From Nitrospinales bacterium (GTDB lineage Bacteria; Nitrospinota; Nitrospinia; Nitrospinales; VA-1): a stretch of DNA of 64,000 nt. Shown here one piece after another: positions 49,249 through 59,332 of the stretch. The position numbers and the translations under genes are program-made. The stretch's first letter is position 1. The number at the start of each line of letters is the position of its first letter. The stretch is taken from contig CBDCXL010000001.1 of NCBI GenBank assembly GCA_965223795.1, positions 96,001 through 160,000 on the forward strand, in the 5' to 3' direction. The notes below the pieces were generated by a model. That model was not told where the DNA came from and searched no databases. It was given only the letters and a program-made list of their open reading frames with translations.

Positions 49249-51051
49249 ATGGACCGGTTCAAAAACAATCTGAAACTGCTCAACGAGCACGATCCGGCGC
49301 TCGCCGAACGGGCCGGGCGTGAACCGAATCCTGAGGAGATCCACGTGGTGGAGGCCAGGGACGGCCTCCCCATTCCTCAGGTGGGATCGGTGTCGCTGCA
49401 CAGCACCTACCGTCCCGGCGAGGAAGCCGCCAAAGCGGCGGCGCAGTTCAAGCCGGACCCCGGCGCGCGCAACGTGGTGTACGGCCTGGGCTTCGGCCAC
49501 CACGTCCGGTCGCTGCTGATCCTGGCGCCGGGCGAGTGGACGGTGATCGAACCCTCCATGAAGCTGTTCCGCGCGTTTTTGCAGACGGTGGACCTTTCGC
49601 CGTTTCTGCCGCGCACCCGTTTCCTGGTGGCGGAGCCGCAGGCGAAGATCCTGGCGCGGCTTATGCCCGGAACCTGGAACGTGTTTCCGCACCGCGCCTC
49701 GATGCGCGTGTTCGATACGTATTTCGCCCGGCTGGAAGCGGCACGGGAACGCGCCGGGTATCTTGAGGCGCACCCGCTCAAGGTGCTGGTCGTCAATCCG
49801 ATGTACGGCGGGTCGCTGCCGACGGCGCAATTTTGCGCGCGGGCGCTGGAAAACCTGGGCCACATCGCGGCTCCGGTGGAGTGCGAGCGGTTCCGGGAAG
49901 GGTTTTTCTCGCTCAAGCAGGTGACGCGCAACCCGGAAAACGCCCGCATCCTGAGCGAGCAGTTCATGCACTTCATGGGCGAGCTGGCCGCGGCGAAGGC
50001 GGCGGAGTTCAAGCCCGACCTGATCCTGGCGCTGGCGCAGGCGCCGCTGACGCCGAAGGCGCTGGAACGGCTCAAGGCGCTCAAGATTCCCATCGCGTTC
50101 TGGTTCGTCGAGGATTTCCGCACGCTGCCTTACTGGAAAGACGTGGCGGCCAGTTACGATCATTTTTTCTGCATCCAGCGGGATGAATTTCCCGAACTGC
50201 TCAAGCAGCAGGGGGCGCAGCGGCCCTACTACCTGCCGCAGGCCTGTTTCCCCGGCGTGCACCGGCCGCTGGAACTGAGCGAAGCGGACCGGCGGACCTA
50301 CGGCGCGGATCTTTCGTTCATGGGCGCGGCGTACTACAACCGGGTGAAGACCTTCCCGCGGCTTCTGGATTTCGATTTCAAGATCTGGGGGACCGAGTGG
50401 AACCTGGACTCCGCCGTGGGCAAGCGGGTGCAGAACGCCAACTGGCGCATCGACCCGGAAGAGGCGGTGAAGATCTACAACGCGGGCACGGTCAACCTCA
50501 ACCTGCATTCCTCGACCTTCCACGAGGACATCAACCCGGAAGGGGATTTCGTCAATCCGCGGACGTTCGAGATTGCCGCCTGCGGCGGCTTTCAGCTGGT
50601 GGACATGCGGTCGCTGCTGCCTGAGCTGCTGGTGCCGGGCGAGGAGATCGTCACGTTCACGAACGTTCCCGATCTCAAGGAAAAGATCGCCTATTACATC
50701 AAGCACGACGAGGAACGCCGCCACGTCGCCGGACGCGGGCGGGCGCGGGTGCTGGCCGAGCACACGCTGGAGCACCGCATGCGGGAGATGCTGATCGAGA
50801 TCTACACGGACCGCGCCGGGGAACTCAGGGAACGGGTGAGCGGGCGCAAGGAAGCCATCGATCTGTTCATCGAGCAGGCCGGGGCGGAAACGGAGCTGGG
50901 CCGCTATCTCGATCCATTCCGCGGCAGACCGGACTTCACGCTCAAAAAGGCGGTCGAGGCGATACAAAAAGGGGAGGGCGCGCTCGACGACACCGAAACG
51001 CTGCTGCTCATGGTCAACCAGCTGGTCAAGCAGGAGGATGCGGACGCATGA
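49249..51051 (+). CDS. CgeB-family glycosyltransferase with Maf-like N-terminal domain
   Basis: LHSTYRPGEEA..YGLGFGHH; AFWFVEDF, VNPRTFEIAACGGFQL, HTLEHR. Confidence 0.82.
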   Translation: MDRFKNNLKLLNEHDPALAERAGREPNPEEIHVVEARDGLPIPQVGSVSLHSTYRPGEEAAKAAAQFKPDPGARNVVYGLGFGHHVRSLLILAPGEWTVIEPSMKLFRAFLQTVDLSPFLPRTRFLVAEPQAKILARLMPGTWNVFPHRASMRVFDTYFARLEAARERAGYLEAHPLKVLVVNPMYGGSLPTAQFCARALENLGHIAAPVECERFREGFFSLKQVTRNPENARILSEQFMHFMGELAAAKAAEFKPDLILALAQAPLTPKALERLKALKIPIAFWFVEDFRTLPYWKDVAASYDHFFCIQRDEFPELLKQQGAQRPYYLPQACFPGVHRPLELSEADRRTYGADLSFMGAAYYNRVKTFPRLLDFDFKIWGTEWNLDSAVGKRVQNANWRIDPEEAVKIYNAGTVNLNLHSSTFHEDINPEGDFVNPRTFEIAACGGFQLVDMRSLLPELLVPGEEIVTFTNVPDLKEKIAYYIKHDEERRHVAGRGRARVLAEHTLEHRMREMLIEIYTDRAGELRERVSGRKEAIDLFIEQAGAETELGRYLDPFRGRPDFTLKKAVEAIQKGEGALDDTETLLLMVNQLVKQEDADA

Positions 51052-52781
51052 AGATCCTGGTCATGAGCCTCACGCGCATGGGCGATCTGGTGCAGGCCAC
51101 GCCGGTCATCGCCGGGCTTAGGCAAAAGCACCCGCAAGCGGAGATCACGCTGATGGTGTCGAGCGACTTCGCCGGTTTCCTGCCCCGCATTCCCGGCATC
51201 GACGCCTCGCTGGTGCTGGACATCCGGCAGTTCATGCGCGACGAAGGGACTGCGGGCTGCTCCTGGGTGACGCTGTACCGATATCTGGAAGGATTCATGA
51301 ACGGTGTCCGGCAACGGTCCTTCGACCTGGTGGTGAACCTCAGCCATTCGCGGCTCAGCGCGCTGATGATCCACTACCTGAAAATCCCGAAGGTGTGCGG
51401 GTTCGCCTGCAACGAGACCGGCGACCGCATGACGCTGCATCCGTGGATGCAGTACTTCGGCACCGAGCCGTTCAATCGCATTCTCAATCCCTACAACCTG
51501 GTGGAAATCTTCACGCGCGCGGTGGACGTGGCGCCGGAGGATCAGCGCATCCGCCTTGAGCCGCCTGAAAACGGCGAGACCGCACTTCCGCCCGAACTCG
51601 GCATTGCGTGTGACGACGGGGAACGGTGGATCGGCATCCAGGCGGGTTCCAGCCTCGAAGGAAGGCGCTGGCCGGCGGCGGCGTTCGCCGAGCTTGCGGA
51701 CCAGCTGGCGGAAACACGGGATGCGAAAATCCTGCTGTTCGGCGTGGCGTCGGAAACGCCCATTGCCCGCGAGATCGCGTCGCGCATGCGGCATGCGGAT
51801 CGTGTGGTGGACTGCACCGGGAAAACCAGCATCCCGCAGCTCATGGCGCTGCTGGAACGCTGCGAGTACCTGGTCACCAACGACACGGGCACGATGCACA
51901 TCGCCGCGGCGCTGGGCACGCCGATCGTCGGGCTGTTCTTCGCGCACGCCCATCCCTACGAGACCGGCCCCTACGCGCCGGGACACGTCATCTTTCAGGC
52001 GCGCATTGCCTGCGCGCCGTGCAGCTACGGCGCCAAATGCAACAACGTCGTCTGCATCGACAAGGTGCGGCCCGCGCAGGTGCTGAAGATGATCGAGACG
52101 CATCGGGATGAAGGGCGCTGGTCGCTGCCTGCGGACATGGGGCCGCTGGATGAGGTGAACGTGTTCGAGACGCGTTTCGGCGAGGACGGCCGGCTTTCTC
52201 TGAGACCGCTGGTGCGGCATCCGGTTACGCTCACCGATGTGTTCCGCCTGGCCTACGAGCGGCTGTGGCTGTCGGCGCTGGAAACCGACCGCGAGCCCGA
52301 CGCCGACGGGATCGCGGAGACCCTGCTGGCGGATCACGACTGCTCGCAGATCGGCGGCATTCTGGAAGCGGTGGCAGAAAAGCGCGGCGTGCTGAAATCG
52401 ATCCTGCGGCGCGCCGGGAAAGGGGTGCAGACGGCGGGGAAAATCCTGCGCTGCTGCGGCAAACAGGGGGCGGAGGCGAAAATCCGCATGCTGGGAGAGG
52501 AAATCACCAGGATCGATGCGGCGCTCGAGCTCTACGGCTGCACGCATCCCGAGGTCAAGCCGCTGGTCGACCTGTTCCAGAAACGCAAGGAGAACTTCCA
52601 GGGCGAGGATCTGGCCTGGCTGGCGGCGGAAACGCGCCGCTGCTACGAATCCCTCATTGCGGAAACCACCCGGATGGAGGTGATTTTAGTGAAATTGACG
52701 CAGGATTTCGCGGTTCAGGGTCCCTCGGAGACCGCTTCTTCGGGATTCAAGTGCATGAGTGCGCTGGTTCCCGGCAGGTAG
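51048..52781 (+). CDS. GT9 (ADP-heptose:LPS heptosyltransferase-like) glycosyltransferase with C-terminal extension
   Basis: LTRMGDLVQ, RRWP, VTNDTGTMHIAAALGTP. Confidence 0.88.
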   Translation: MKILVMSLTRMGDLVQATPVIAGLRQKHPQAEITLMVSSDFAGFLPRIPGIDASLVLDIRQFMRDEGTAGCSWVTLYRYLEGFMNGVRQRSFDLVVNLSHSRLSALMIHYLKIPKVCGFACNETGDRMTLHPWMQYFGTEPFNRILNPYNLVEIFTRAVDVAPEDQRIRLEPPENGETALPPELGIACDDGERWIGIQAGSSLEGRRWPAAAFAELADQLAETRDAKILLFGVASETPIAREIASRMRHADRVVDCTGKTSIPQLMALLERCEYLVTNDTGTMHIAAALGTPIVGLFFAHAHPYETGPYAPGHVIFQARIACAPCSYGAKCNNVVCIDKVRPAQVLKMIETHRDEGRWSLPADMGPLDEVNVFETRFGEDGRLSLRPLVRHPVTLTDVFRLAYERLWLSALETDREPDADGIAETLLADHDCSQIGGILEAVAEKRGVLKSILRRAGKGVQTAGKILRCCGKQGAEAKIRMLGEEITRIDAALELYGCTHPEVKPLVDLFQKRKENFQGEDLAWLAAETRRCYESLIAETTRMEVILVKLTQDFAVQGPSETASSGFKCMSALVPGR

Positions 52782-54289
52782 GCGGCAAACTCCGAATGGC
52801 CGCCGTCGGCGAGGTAGGATTCGAGGAATTCCAGCGAAGCGCCGCCTCCGGTGGAAATGAAGAAATTGGAGGCGAAATAATTCCAGAGAACATAACTGTC
52901 GTTTTCCGCAAAACCTATGGTAAGCTGGTTGCGATTGATGGTTGGAAGAAGCTGCTTTTCGATCTGTTTTTTGATCAGGTTTTTCAACTCGTTGATGCTC
53001 ACCTTGTTGAGGATTGCCGCGGAATCCCCCCCGCCGATCACCACGGAGAGATTTTCGTCGACCAGGGCGGTCGCGAAAAGCAGCTTGGCAAGCTCCAGCG
53101 AACCCTCGATGTAAGCGTTGGACGCGGGATGGTCGTAAGCGCCTAAAGGGCCGTTCCAGAAAACATTTTCCACGCCTGGGTGCAGAATGTATTTGCTGTA
53201 GTTTTCGATGGTTTTGGGACCCAGGTCCAGTTGCAGTTCCCGGTTGAAATCGGGCAGAGTCTTGACTTCGTACGTGGTGTTCTGAAAATCACTGACGACT
53301 TTGTAGTCCTCGGGAAACTGGATGAGGACGCCATTTTTTTCCGCAAGGTCCAGAATTTCCTCGGCCAGCCTCACTTCCTGAAGCAGGTTCAGGTTGCTCT
53401 CCTCGTCATTCGAGCGCAGCTTCAGCGGAATGTCCTCCGGCCCGGACAGTGTGTGCACATGATCCTTCTGCATCAAAGCCAGCAGGAACGAGTTGACCAT
53501 CTTGCCTCCGATGAGGATGCACCTGACCCGCGTCTGCACGAACTGCTTGAGCATCGAGATCTTGTCCTTGATCTTCGCGCCCCCGGCCACGACCACGGAT
53601 TTATGCGGGTTCTTGAACACCCGGTGGGCGAAGTTCCCCAACGCCCGCACCTCGTCGTAGAGCAGGTTCCCGGCGATCACCGGCTTGCCCTGCTTGCGCA
53701 TCAGGTTGGGCAGCATCTTGATGCTTCGGGTGACCCTGTGGCTGCACCCGAACGCGCAATTGATGTAGACGTCGGCGATGCGGGCGATCTCGTTGATGAA
53801 TTCCTCCCGGTAGGTGTCGGGGTTTTTGGGTTCGAGCAGGTAGCGCAGATTGGGCAGGAATTTGATCCCGCCGGTCGGCATGCGGTGATGAAAGAAAATC
53901 TCCAGAGAATGGGTCAGGTGCGAATCGATGATCTCCGGAGGAAAAATGGTGTAGGTGTCGCCGTAGTTTTTGCGGGTGAGCGTGTCGAAATGGGAACTGA
54001 CGAACTGGATGTTGAAGATGCCGTCCCAGCCGACGTGGTCTTTGGTCTTGTGGGGCCGTCCCAGGTGCGAACCGATGATGATCTTGCAGTCGCCGTCGGT
54101 CAGTTCGTGGATTTTCTTGAAAGTCGTGTCGAGGAACCGGCGGATCCGGGTGTCATCGGAAACGCGATAATAGTCTTTTTTCGCGGGGATCAGGGGGACA
54201 TTGAAATCGACCCGGATGAATATGGTCTTGCCCTTGAGATCGTCGGCGGACAGGGTGTCCAGAGAATCCATTCCAATTTCATTCAGCAT
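52715..54289 (-). CDS. pgk: Phosphoglycerate kinase (atypically long and divergent)
   Basis: RVDFNVP, SHLGRP, GGAKIKDK, LDLGPKT, WNGPLG, GGGDS, ISTGGGASLEFLE. Confidence 0.9.
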   Translation of the reverse strand: MLNEIGMDSLDTLSADDLKGKTIFIRVDFNVPLIPAKKDYYRVSDDTRIRRFLDTTFKKIHELTDGDCKIIIGSHLGRPHKTKDHVGWDGIFNIQFVSSHFDTLTRKNYGDTYTIFPPEIIDSHLTHSLEIFFHHRMPTGGIKFLPNLRYLLEPKNPDTYREEFINEIARIADVYINCAFGCSHRVTRSIKMLPNLMRKQGKPVIAGNLLYDEVRALGNFAHRVFKNPHKSVVVAGGAKIKDKISMLKQFVQTRVRCILIGGKMVNSFLLALMQKDHVHTLSGPEDIPLKLRSNDEESNLNLLQEVRLAEEILDLAEKNGVLIQFPEDYKVVSDFQNTTYEVKTLPDFNRELQLDLGPKTIENYSKYILHPGVENVFWNGPLGAYDHPASNAYIEGSLELAKLLFATALVDENLSVVIGGGDSAAILNKVSINELKNLIKKQIEKQLLPTINRNQLTIGFAENDSYVLWNYFASNFFISTGGGASLEFLESYLADGGHSEFAAYLPGTSALMHLNPEEAVSEGP

Positions 54290-54529
54290 CGTTCGTTCCA
54301 ATCGTCGAAAGCGGATGGAATAAAAGGGTTTGCGCCAGAAAACCCGGCTTGGAACCGTCAAAAAACCGCCACGTTGAGCGGGCTCGAATATGCGGCAACT
54401 TATTGAATTTTAACAAATTAATTGATAATCAACAACTTTTGTATTCATCGGGATTTTAGTTTATTATAACAAATTACTAGGAATCGTGTCCTTTGCAAAC
54501 GCCCCAAAAAAGGACCGGAAAGACCAAAA

Positions 54530-56479
54530 ATGTCAAAAAAAATCATGCTGATCAATGCGGACCACCCGGAGGAATGCCGGGCGGTTCTCCTGGAAGACGG
54601 AAAAGTGGAAGAGCTCATCGTTGAGCACGCCTCGCATGAGCAGATCAAGGGCAATATTTACCTGGGCGTCATCAATCGGGTGGAACCCGCCATCGAAGCG
54701 GCGTTTCTGGATTTCGGAGGCAAAAAATTCGGTTTTCTCCCCTTCAAGGACGTGCGCCGGGACTCCTACCTGCAAACCGGCGAACGAAAGGCCCGGATAC
54801 GGATTCAGGATGTGCTGGTGCGCGGGCAGAAGCTGCTATTGCAGGTGGTGAAGGAAGGCCGGGACGCCAAAGGGCCCTCGCTGACCAACTGGATCAGCCT
54901 GCCGGGCCGGTTTCTGGTGCTCATGTGCGGCCAGGAGGCCAGCGCCATCTCCCGCAAGATCGAAGACGAGTCGGAGCGCAAAAAGCTCAAGGAGATCATC
55001 TCCGACTTTGAGCTGCCGGAAAACACCGGCGTCATCATCCGCACGGCCGGGCTGGGCCGCACCAAGGCGGAACTGCAGAAGGACCTGCAGATGCTGCTCA
55101 AGATCTGGGAAACCATTCAGGAAACCATCGAAAAAGAAGGCGACAACGCACCGTTTCTGGTCTACAAGGAGCCGGATCTGGTGGTCCGCACCGTGCGCGA
55201 CCACTTCACCACCGACACGACCGAGATCGTGGTCGATACGGTGGAGGCGCACCGCGCCGTCAAGGATTTTGTGAAGCTGGTGATGCCCCGGCTGCAGCGC
55301 CGGGTCAAGCTGTACCAGGAAACCCAGCCGTTGTTCTCGCATTACAAAGTGGAAGAGCAGCTGGAATCGATCTACAACCGCAAGGTGTTCCTGCCTTCGG
55401 GCGGCTCGGTGGTGATCGACATCGGCGAAGCGATGGTGTCGATCGATGTCAACTCGGGAAAAACCACCAACGCCAGCCAGCTGGAGGAAACCGCGACCCG
55501 GACCAACCTGGAAGCGGCGGACGAGATCGCCCGGCAGCTGCGCCTGCGCGACCTGGGCGGCCTGATCGTGATCGATTTCATCGACATGTTCCAGAAGAAG
55601 AACAAGTCCCAGGTGGAAAAACGCCTCAAGGCCGCCACCAAGAAGGACAAGGCCCGTATCAACATCTCGCGCATCTCGAAATTCGGGCTTTTGGAAATGT
55701 CGCGCCAGAGGATGTCCCCGCCGGTGAAAGAAGGCGTTTACGAGGAATGCTCGCAGTGCCACGGGTCGGGCCATGTCAAATCCACGGGCTCGATGGTTCT
55801 CGGCGTGATCCGGAAAATCCGCGAAAATCTGGCCAAGGAAAAAGCCCGGCTGATCGAGGCGACGGTGTCGCCGGAGGTGTGCGATTATGTGCTCAACCAC
55901 AAACTGGATTTCATCAAAGAGCTGCAGGAGAACAACCAGTTCAAGATTAAATTCTCCAGCAAGCCGGGCCTGAGCTTCGACGATTTCACCTATCAGGTGC
56001 TGGAACGGAAAGAGACCGAAGAATTGAAGACGGACGGCAGGGCGGCGAGAACCGCGGCGTCCGCGGAAACGCGTGCGGAACGCGGTGATCGAAGTGAACG
56101 CGGTGAAGAAGCGGGCCGGGAAACCAAGGAAGAGCGCGTCAATGGCAAGGGCGATTCGGACGGCGCCCGCGGACGCCGGGCCAAGTCGTCTTCACGGGGA
56201 CGCAACACGCGGCGCAAATCCTCCACGTCGAAGCGGACTTCATCGGGCAACCGCCGGCCGCGCCGGAGGCAGCCCCGGTCCGACAACGCCGCCGCCGAGA
56301 ACAAGGCCGGCGATGCCACGGCCACGGCTCAAGCGGAAAATCCGGAAACCGCCAAGCCGCAGACAGCGGATGGCAGTATGGCCGCCGCACCGGCGGTGCC
56401 TCTGGTGACGCCGCGTCCGGAAATGCCGGAACCGGGCAACGAAGCGCCGCCCGCGTTCAACAAAGACACGCCCATGTGA
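54530..56479 (+). CDS. rne: Ribonuclease E/G family
   Basis: GNIYLG, AAFLDFG, IDVNSGK, RLRDLGGLIVIDFIDM, CxxC Zn link, Arg-rich disordered tail. Confidence 0.9.
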   Translation: MSKKIMLINADHPEECRAVLLEDGKVEELIVEHASHEQIKGNIYLGVINRVEPAIEAAFLDFGGKKFGFLPFKDVRRDSYLQTGERKARIRIQDVLVRGQKLLLQVVKEGRDAKGPSLTNWISLPGRFLVLMCGQEASAISRKIEDESERKKLKEIISDFELPENTGVIIRTAGLGRTKAELQKDLQMLLKIWETIQETIEKEGDNAPFLVYKEPDLVVRTVRDHFTTDTTEIVVDTVEAHRAVKDFVKLVMPRLQRRVKLYQETQPLFSHYKVEEQLESIYNRKVFLPSGGSVVIDIGEAMVSIDVNSGKTTNASQLEETATRTNLEAADEIARQLRLRDLGGLIVIDFIDMFQKKNKSQVEKRLKAATKKDKARINISRISKFGLLEMSRQRMSPPVKEGVYEECSQCHGSGHVKSTGSMVLGVIRKIRENLAKEKARLIEATVSPEVCDYVLNHKLDFIKELQENNQFKIKFSSKPGLSFDDFTYQVLERKETEELKTDGRAARTAASAETRAERGDRSERGEEAGRETKEERVNGKGDSDGARGRRAKSSSRGRNTRRKSSTSKRTSSGNRRPRRRQPRSDNAAAENKAGDATATAQAENPETAKPQTADGSMAAAPAVPLVTPRPEMPEPGNEAPPAFNKDTPM

Positions 56480-56551
56480 AACCGGGATCGCCGTCAATGC
56501 GCGCAATTAATGCGAGCGCGACTTGAGTACACCGGCCGAATTTGATGGATT

Positions 56552-56595
56552 CCCCCCCTCACCTCAGTCCTCTCCCCCTAAAGGGGGGAGAGGAA
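56552..56595. repeat. REP-like palindrome in the intergenic region between convergent genes
   Basis: ccctcacc leader + tcctctcccc/ggggagagga stem. Confidence 0.6.
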
Positions 56596-56775
56596 GTTAT
56601 GAATTTGTTCCTGCCGCTCACCCATCAAAATACTGGAAATAGTGTGGGATTGATCCTCAGAGCTTTTGGGTTTTCTTTGCGTCCTCTGCGTCGTCACCCC
56701 GTGGGTGTTGCGGTTCAAACCGGTTTTCGTTTTTATGCCAGGATTTTCATCCTGTAATCCTGTCTCAATAATTCT

Positions 56776-57528
56776 TTACTGGTTGTCGCCGTTTTCGGTG
56801 TCTGCGTTGCGGGCGCAGCGGAAGCCCGTGTCCCAGAACCGTTCTTTGGGAGGGACGTAATTGCGGTAGGGAAGGGTGACGAATTCCACCATGAACCCGT
56901 GTTCGCGTTTCTGAATGGTGCCGCCGCGGATGACTTTGAATTTTTCCCCGAAATTTTCGTCCTCATAGGTGGAGCCGGGGTAGGGCCGGTACCAGCTGGC
57001 GGTCCATTCCGACACATTGCCGTTCATGTCGTGCACGCCGTACGGGCTCACGTCTTTGGGGAACGATCCCACGGAACGCACGGTTTTGCCGAAGTTCGCC
57101 CAGTCGCGGTGAAATTCGTTGCCCCAGACGAATTTGCGGTCGTCCGGTCCGCGCGCCGCCTTCTCCCACTCGAATTCCGTGGGCAGCCGCTTGCCGATCG
57201 ACAGGCAATAGGCGTCCGCTTCGTACCAGCTCACGCCGCGCATGGGTTCGTTGGCCTCGGTGACCTGGTATTTGGCGCGGGGCTTGAAGCGGATGAAGTT
57301 TTCGTAAGTGACTTCGTATTTGTCGAGGTAAAACGATTGCAGGTGAAGATTCTGCTGCGGATGGGCGTTTTCCCCGGCGGTGCGTTCGTTCATGAACGAG
57401 GACGGCGCGCCGGAAACGCTGCCCAGCCGGAATTCCCCCGCGGGAATGAGGATCATGTCGGCCGGTTCGCAGGCAGACAGGAACAGCAGGCACAGGATGA
57501 ACGGGGCGGATTTTAAATGAGGACTCAC
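56776..57528 (-). CDS. FGE-sulfatase domain lipoprotein
   Basis: Lipobox LSAC; MILIPAGEF, RLPTEFEWEKAARG, DMNGNVSEW, IRGG, GFRC. Confidence 0.88.
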   Translation of the reverse strand: MSPHLKSAPFILCLLFLSACEPADMILIPAGEFRLGSVSGAPSSFMNERTAGENAHPQQNLHLQSFYLDKYEVTYENFIRFKPRAKYQVTEANEPMRGVSWYEADAYCLSIGKRLPTEFEWEKAARGPDDRKFVWGNEFHRDWANFGKTVRSVGSFPKDVSPYGVHDMNGNVSEWTASWYRPYPGSTYEDENFGEKFKVIRGGTIQKREHGFMVEFVTLPYRNYVPPKERFWDTGFRCARNADTENGDNQ

Positions 57529-57541
57529 ACGGATCTTGCGT

Positions 57542-58342
57542 TCAGGGTTTGTAGGCGCTGGGCACCGGCACGGCGACTGCTTCCGTGGTTTTCAAGCCGG
57601 CGTTTCCGGCAGCCGGAGCGAGTTCGTCAGCCGGCGCGGTTTCGGCAGCGGGTTCGGGTTGGGCTGGCGGTGGCGGGAAGGTGCCGCCAGGATATTCGCT
57701 TTTCACATATTCCATGGTGAGGCAGGCGGCTTCCTCGCGGGTGCACATCATGGAGCGGCAGTCGGATTCGTCGTTGGAACAGTAATAATTGAGGAAGCGG
57801 ATTTTCACATACTGCCCGTTTGAAGTCTTGACGATGTAGACGTTCTTTTTCGACTCGATGTTGTGGGTGCGCGTCCGGTAGTTGTACCAGCCGGTGATGG
57901 CCTTGTTGATCTTTTTGCCGAACGATTTGGTGTCCTGCACCAGGGGTTCGGCTGGGACGCTGCGCACGCTGTCGAAATCGACGGGACCGAGGTTCATCAC
58001 GCCCACGCCGCCTTCGGGATTGGTGATGCCGCTGTTGGTGACGATCTTGGTGCGCTGGAAAGCCAGGTCCCAGCGAATCTGTTTGAGGCGCTCCCGGTCT
58101 TTGTCGATGTCGTCGATCTTGACGGATTTGCCGGTGGACAGGTCGAGCAGCGTCCAGGTCTTTTTCGATTTGGCGTCGATTTTCAGGGTCGGATTCAGCG
58201 AAACGACCGCGGGCTTGAGCTTTTTCGGCGGCAGGGGAACCGACTCGAAGTCCTGGATGTTGTCGGTCATGAAGCTCAGCGCGCCGTGAAACAGCAGGGT
58301 CGCCAGCAGCAGCATGCCGAGTATGTTGAGCGTGTTGTTCAT
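57542..58342 (-). CDS. HmuY-family protein
   Basis: IDA...WT..DL..WDLAFQR..I.TNSG; WYNY...H....NVYIVKT.NG.YVKI.FLNYY. Confidence 0.75.
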   Translation of the reverse strand: MNNTLNILGMLLLATLLFHGALSFMTDNIQDFESVPLPPKKLKPAVVSLNPTLKIDAKSKKTWTLLDLSTGKSVKIDDIDKDRERLKQIRWDLAFQRTKIVTNSGITNPEGGVGVMNLGPVDFDSVRSVPAEPLVQDTKSFGKKINKAITGWYNYRTRTHNIESKKNVYIVKTSNGQYVKIRFLNYYCSNDESDCRSMMCTREEAACLTMEYVKSEYPGGTFPPPPAQPEPAAETAPADELAPAAGNAGLKTTEAVAVPVPSAYKP

Positions 58343-58645
58343 GCTTCGATTTTATCACACTCCTCTGCGGGACGCCGGGGGGATCGAGCGGACCCATGAA
58401 TGGGCGGCCGGGATTGCGTCGGCGGGCGTGGAGCGGTCCGGGAGTGTGCTGGGCGCGGCCGGACTTTGTGGTTTGGGATCAGCGCCGGATTTGCAAAGAC
58501 AGGCTATAGTATAATAAAATCAACGTTTTATATTGAAAATAGCGCATTTCAAACTTGGTGTGGCTTTCGTATTGTGTTAAATTAGTATAAAAATTTATTG
58601 TAAATATTTTGATTTATTGGGCGCTGTTTGAGCGTCGGCTGAGCG

Positions 58646-59263
58646 ATGAAAGACCGGGAATTCGATTACAAGAAGGTGCAGATCGAAAATTTTCTGAAGT
58701 CCGCGTTTCAGAAAAAGTTTCGCTCGAACGCTCGCATTTCCATCCGCAAGCGGCAGAAATTCATTGAGGAAATGACCCGGAAAATCAGCAAGAAATTCGG
58801 CAAGGATGTGCTGTGCCTGGTGGATTTCTCCAAAGGCGGCTTCACCACGCTGGTTTCTCCTTCGCGCCAGGAATCGACTGAAAAAGGCAAACTGATTCAG
58901 TCGTTTACTCACCGGCAGGTGTTTTACACCTCGCATTGTGTCGATCGGTTCAGCGAGCGGACCCGCACCCAGGACAACTGCGTTTTCATTCTCGACACGC
59001 ATATGACCCAGGCGCTCCTGTCTTTCGGGGAACACGAGGGATTTTTGACCTGCCCGGAGGGCGTGTTTGCCTACGAAATGGAAAACGACCGCCTTGTCAT
59101 CAAGACTTTCATCAATTTTGAACTGCTTTCTGCCGATCAGATAAAGAAATACTATGGCCCCGGCATGGTCTCGACGTTCCCGGAGGAGTTTTTTTCCGAA
59201 CAGGCCGGGGAAAGCGATTTCATTCTGGCGGACGAGTTTGCCGATTTCCCCGAAAAATCCTGA
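58646..59263 (+). CDS. Hypothetical protein
   Basis: 205-aa ORF with plausible codon usage; TSHCVDRF.ER motif. Confidence 0.65.
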   Translation: MKDREFDYKKVQIENFLKSAFQKKFRSNARISIRKRQKFIEEMTRKISKKFGKDVLCLVDFSKGGFTTLVSPSRQESTEKGKLIQSFTHRQVFYTSHCVDRFSERTRTQDNCVFILDTHMTQALLSFGEHEGFLTCPEGVFAYEMENDRLVIKTFINFELLSADQIKKYYGPGMVSTFPEEFFSEQAGESDFILADEFADFPEKS

Positions 59264-59332
59264 ACCACCGGGGGGCCGCAAACCCCCTGCATTCGGCGCC
59301 CTGCCATAACCCCAAAGCCAACCCGCTCGCCC

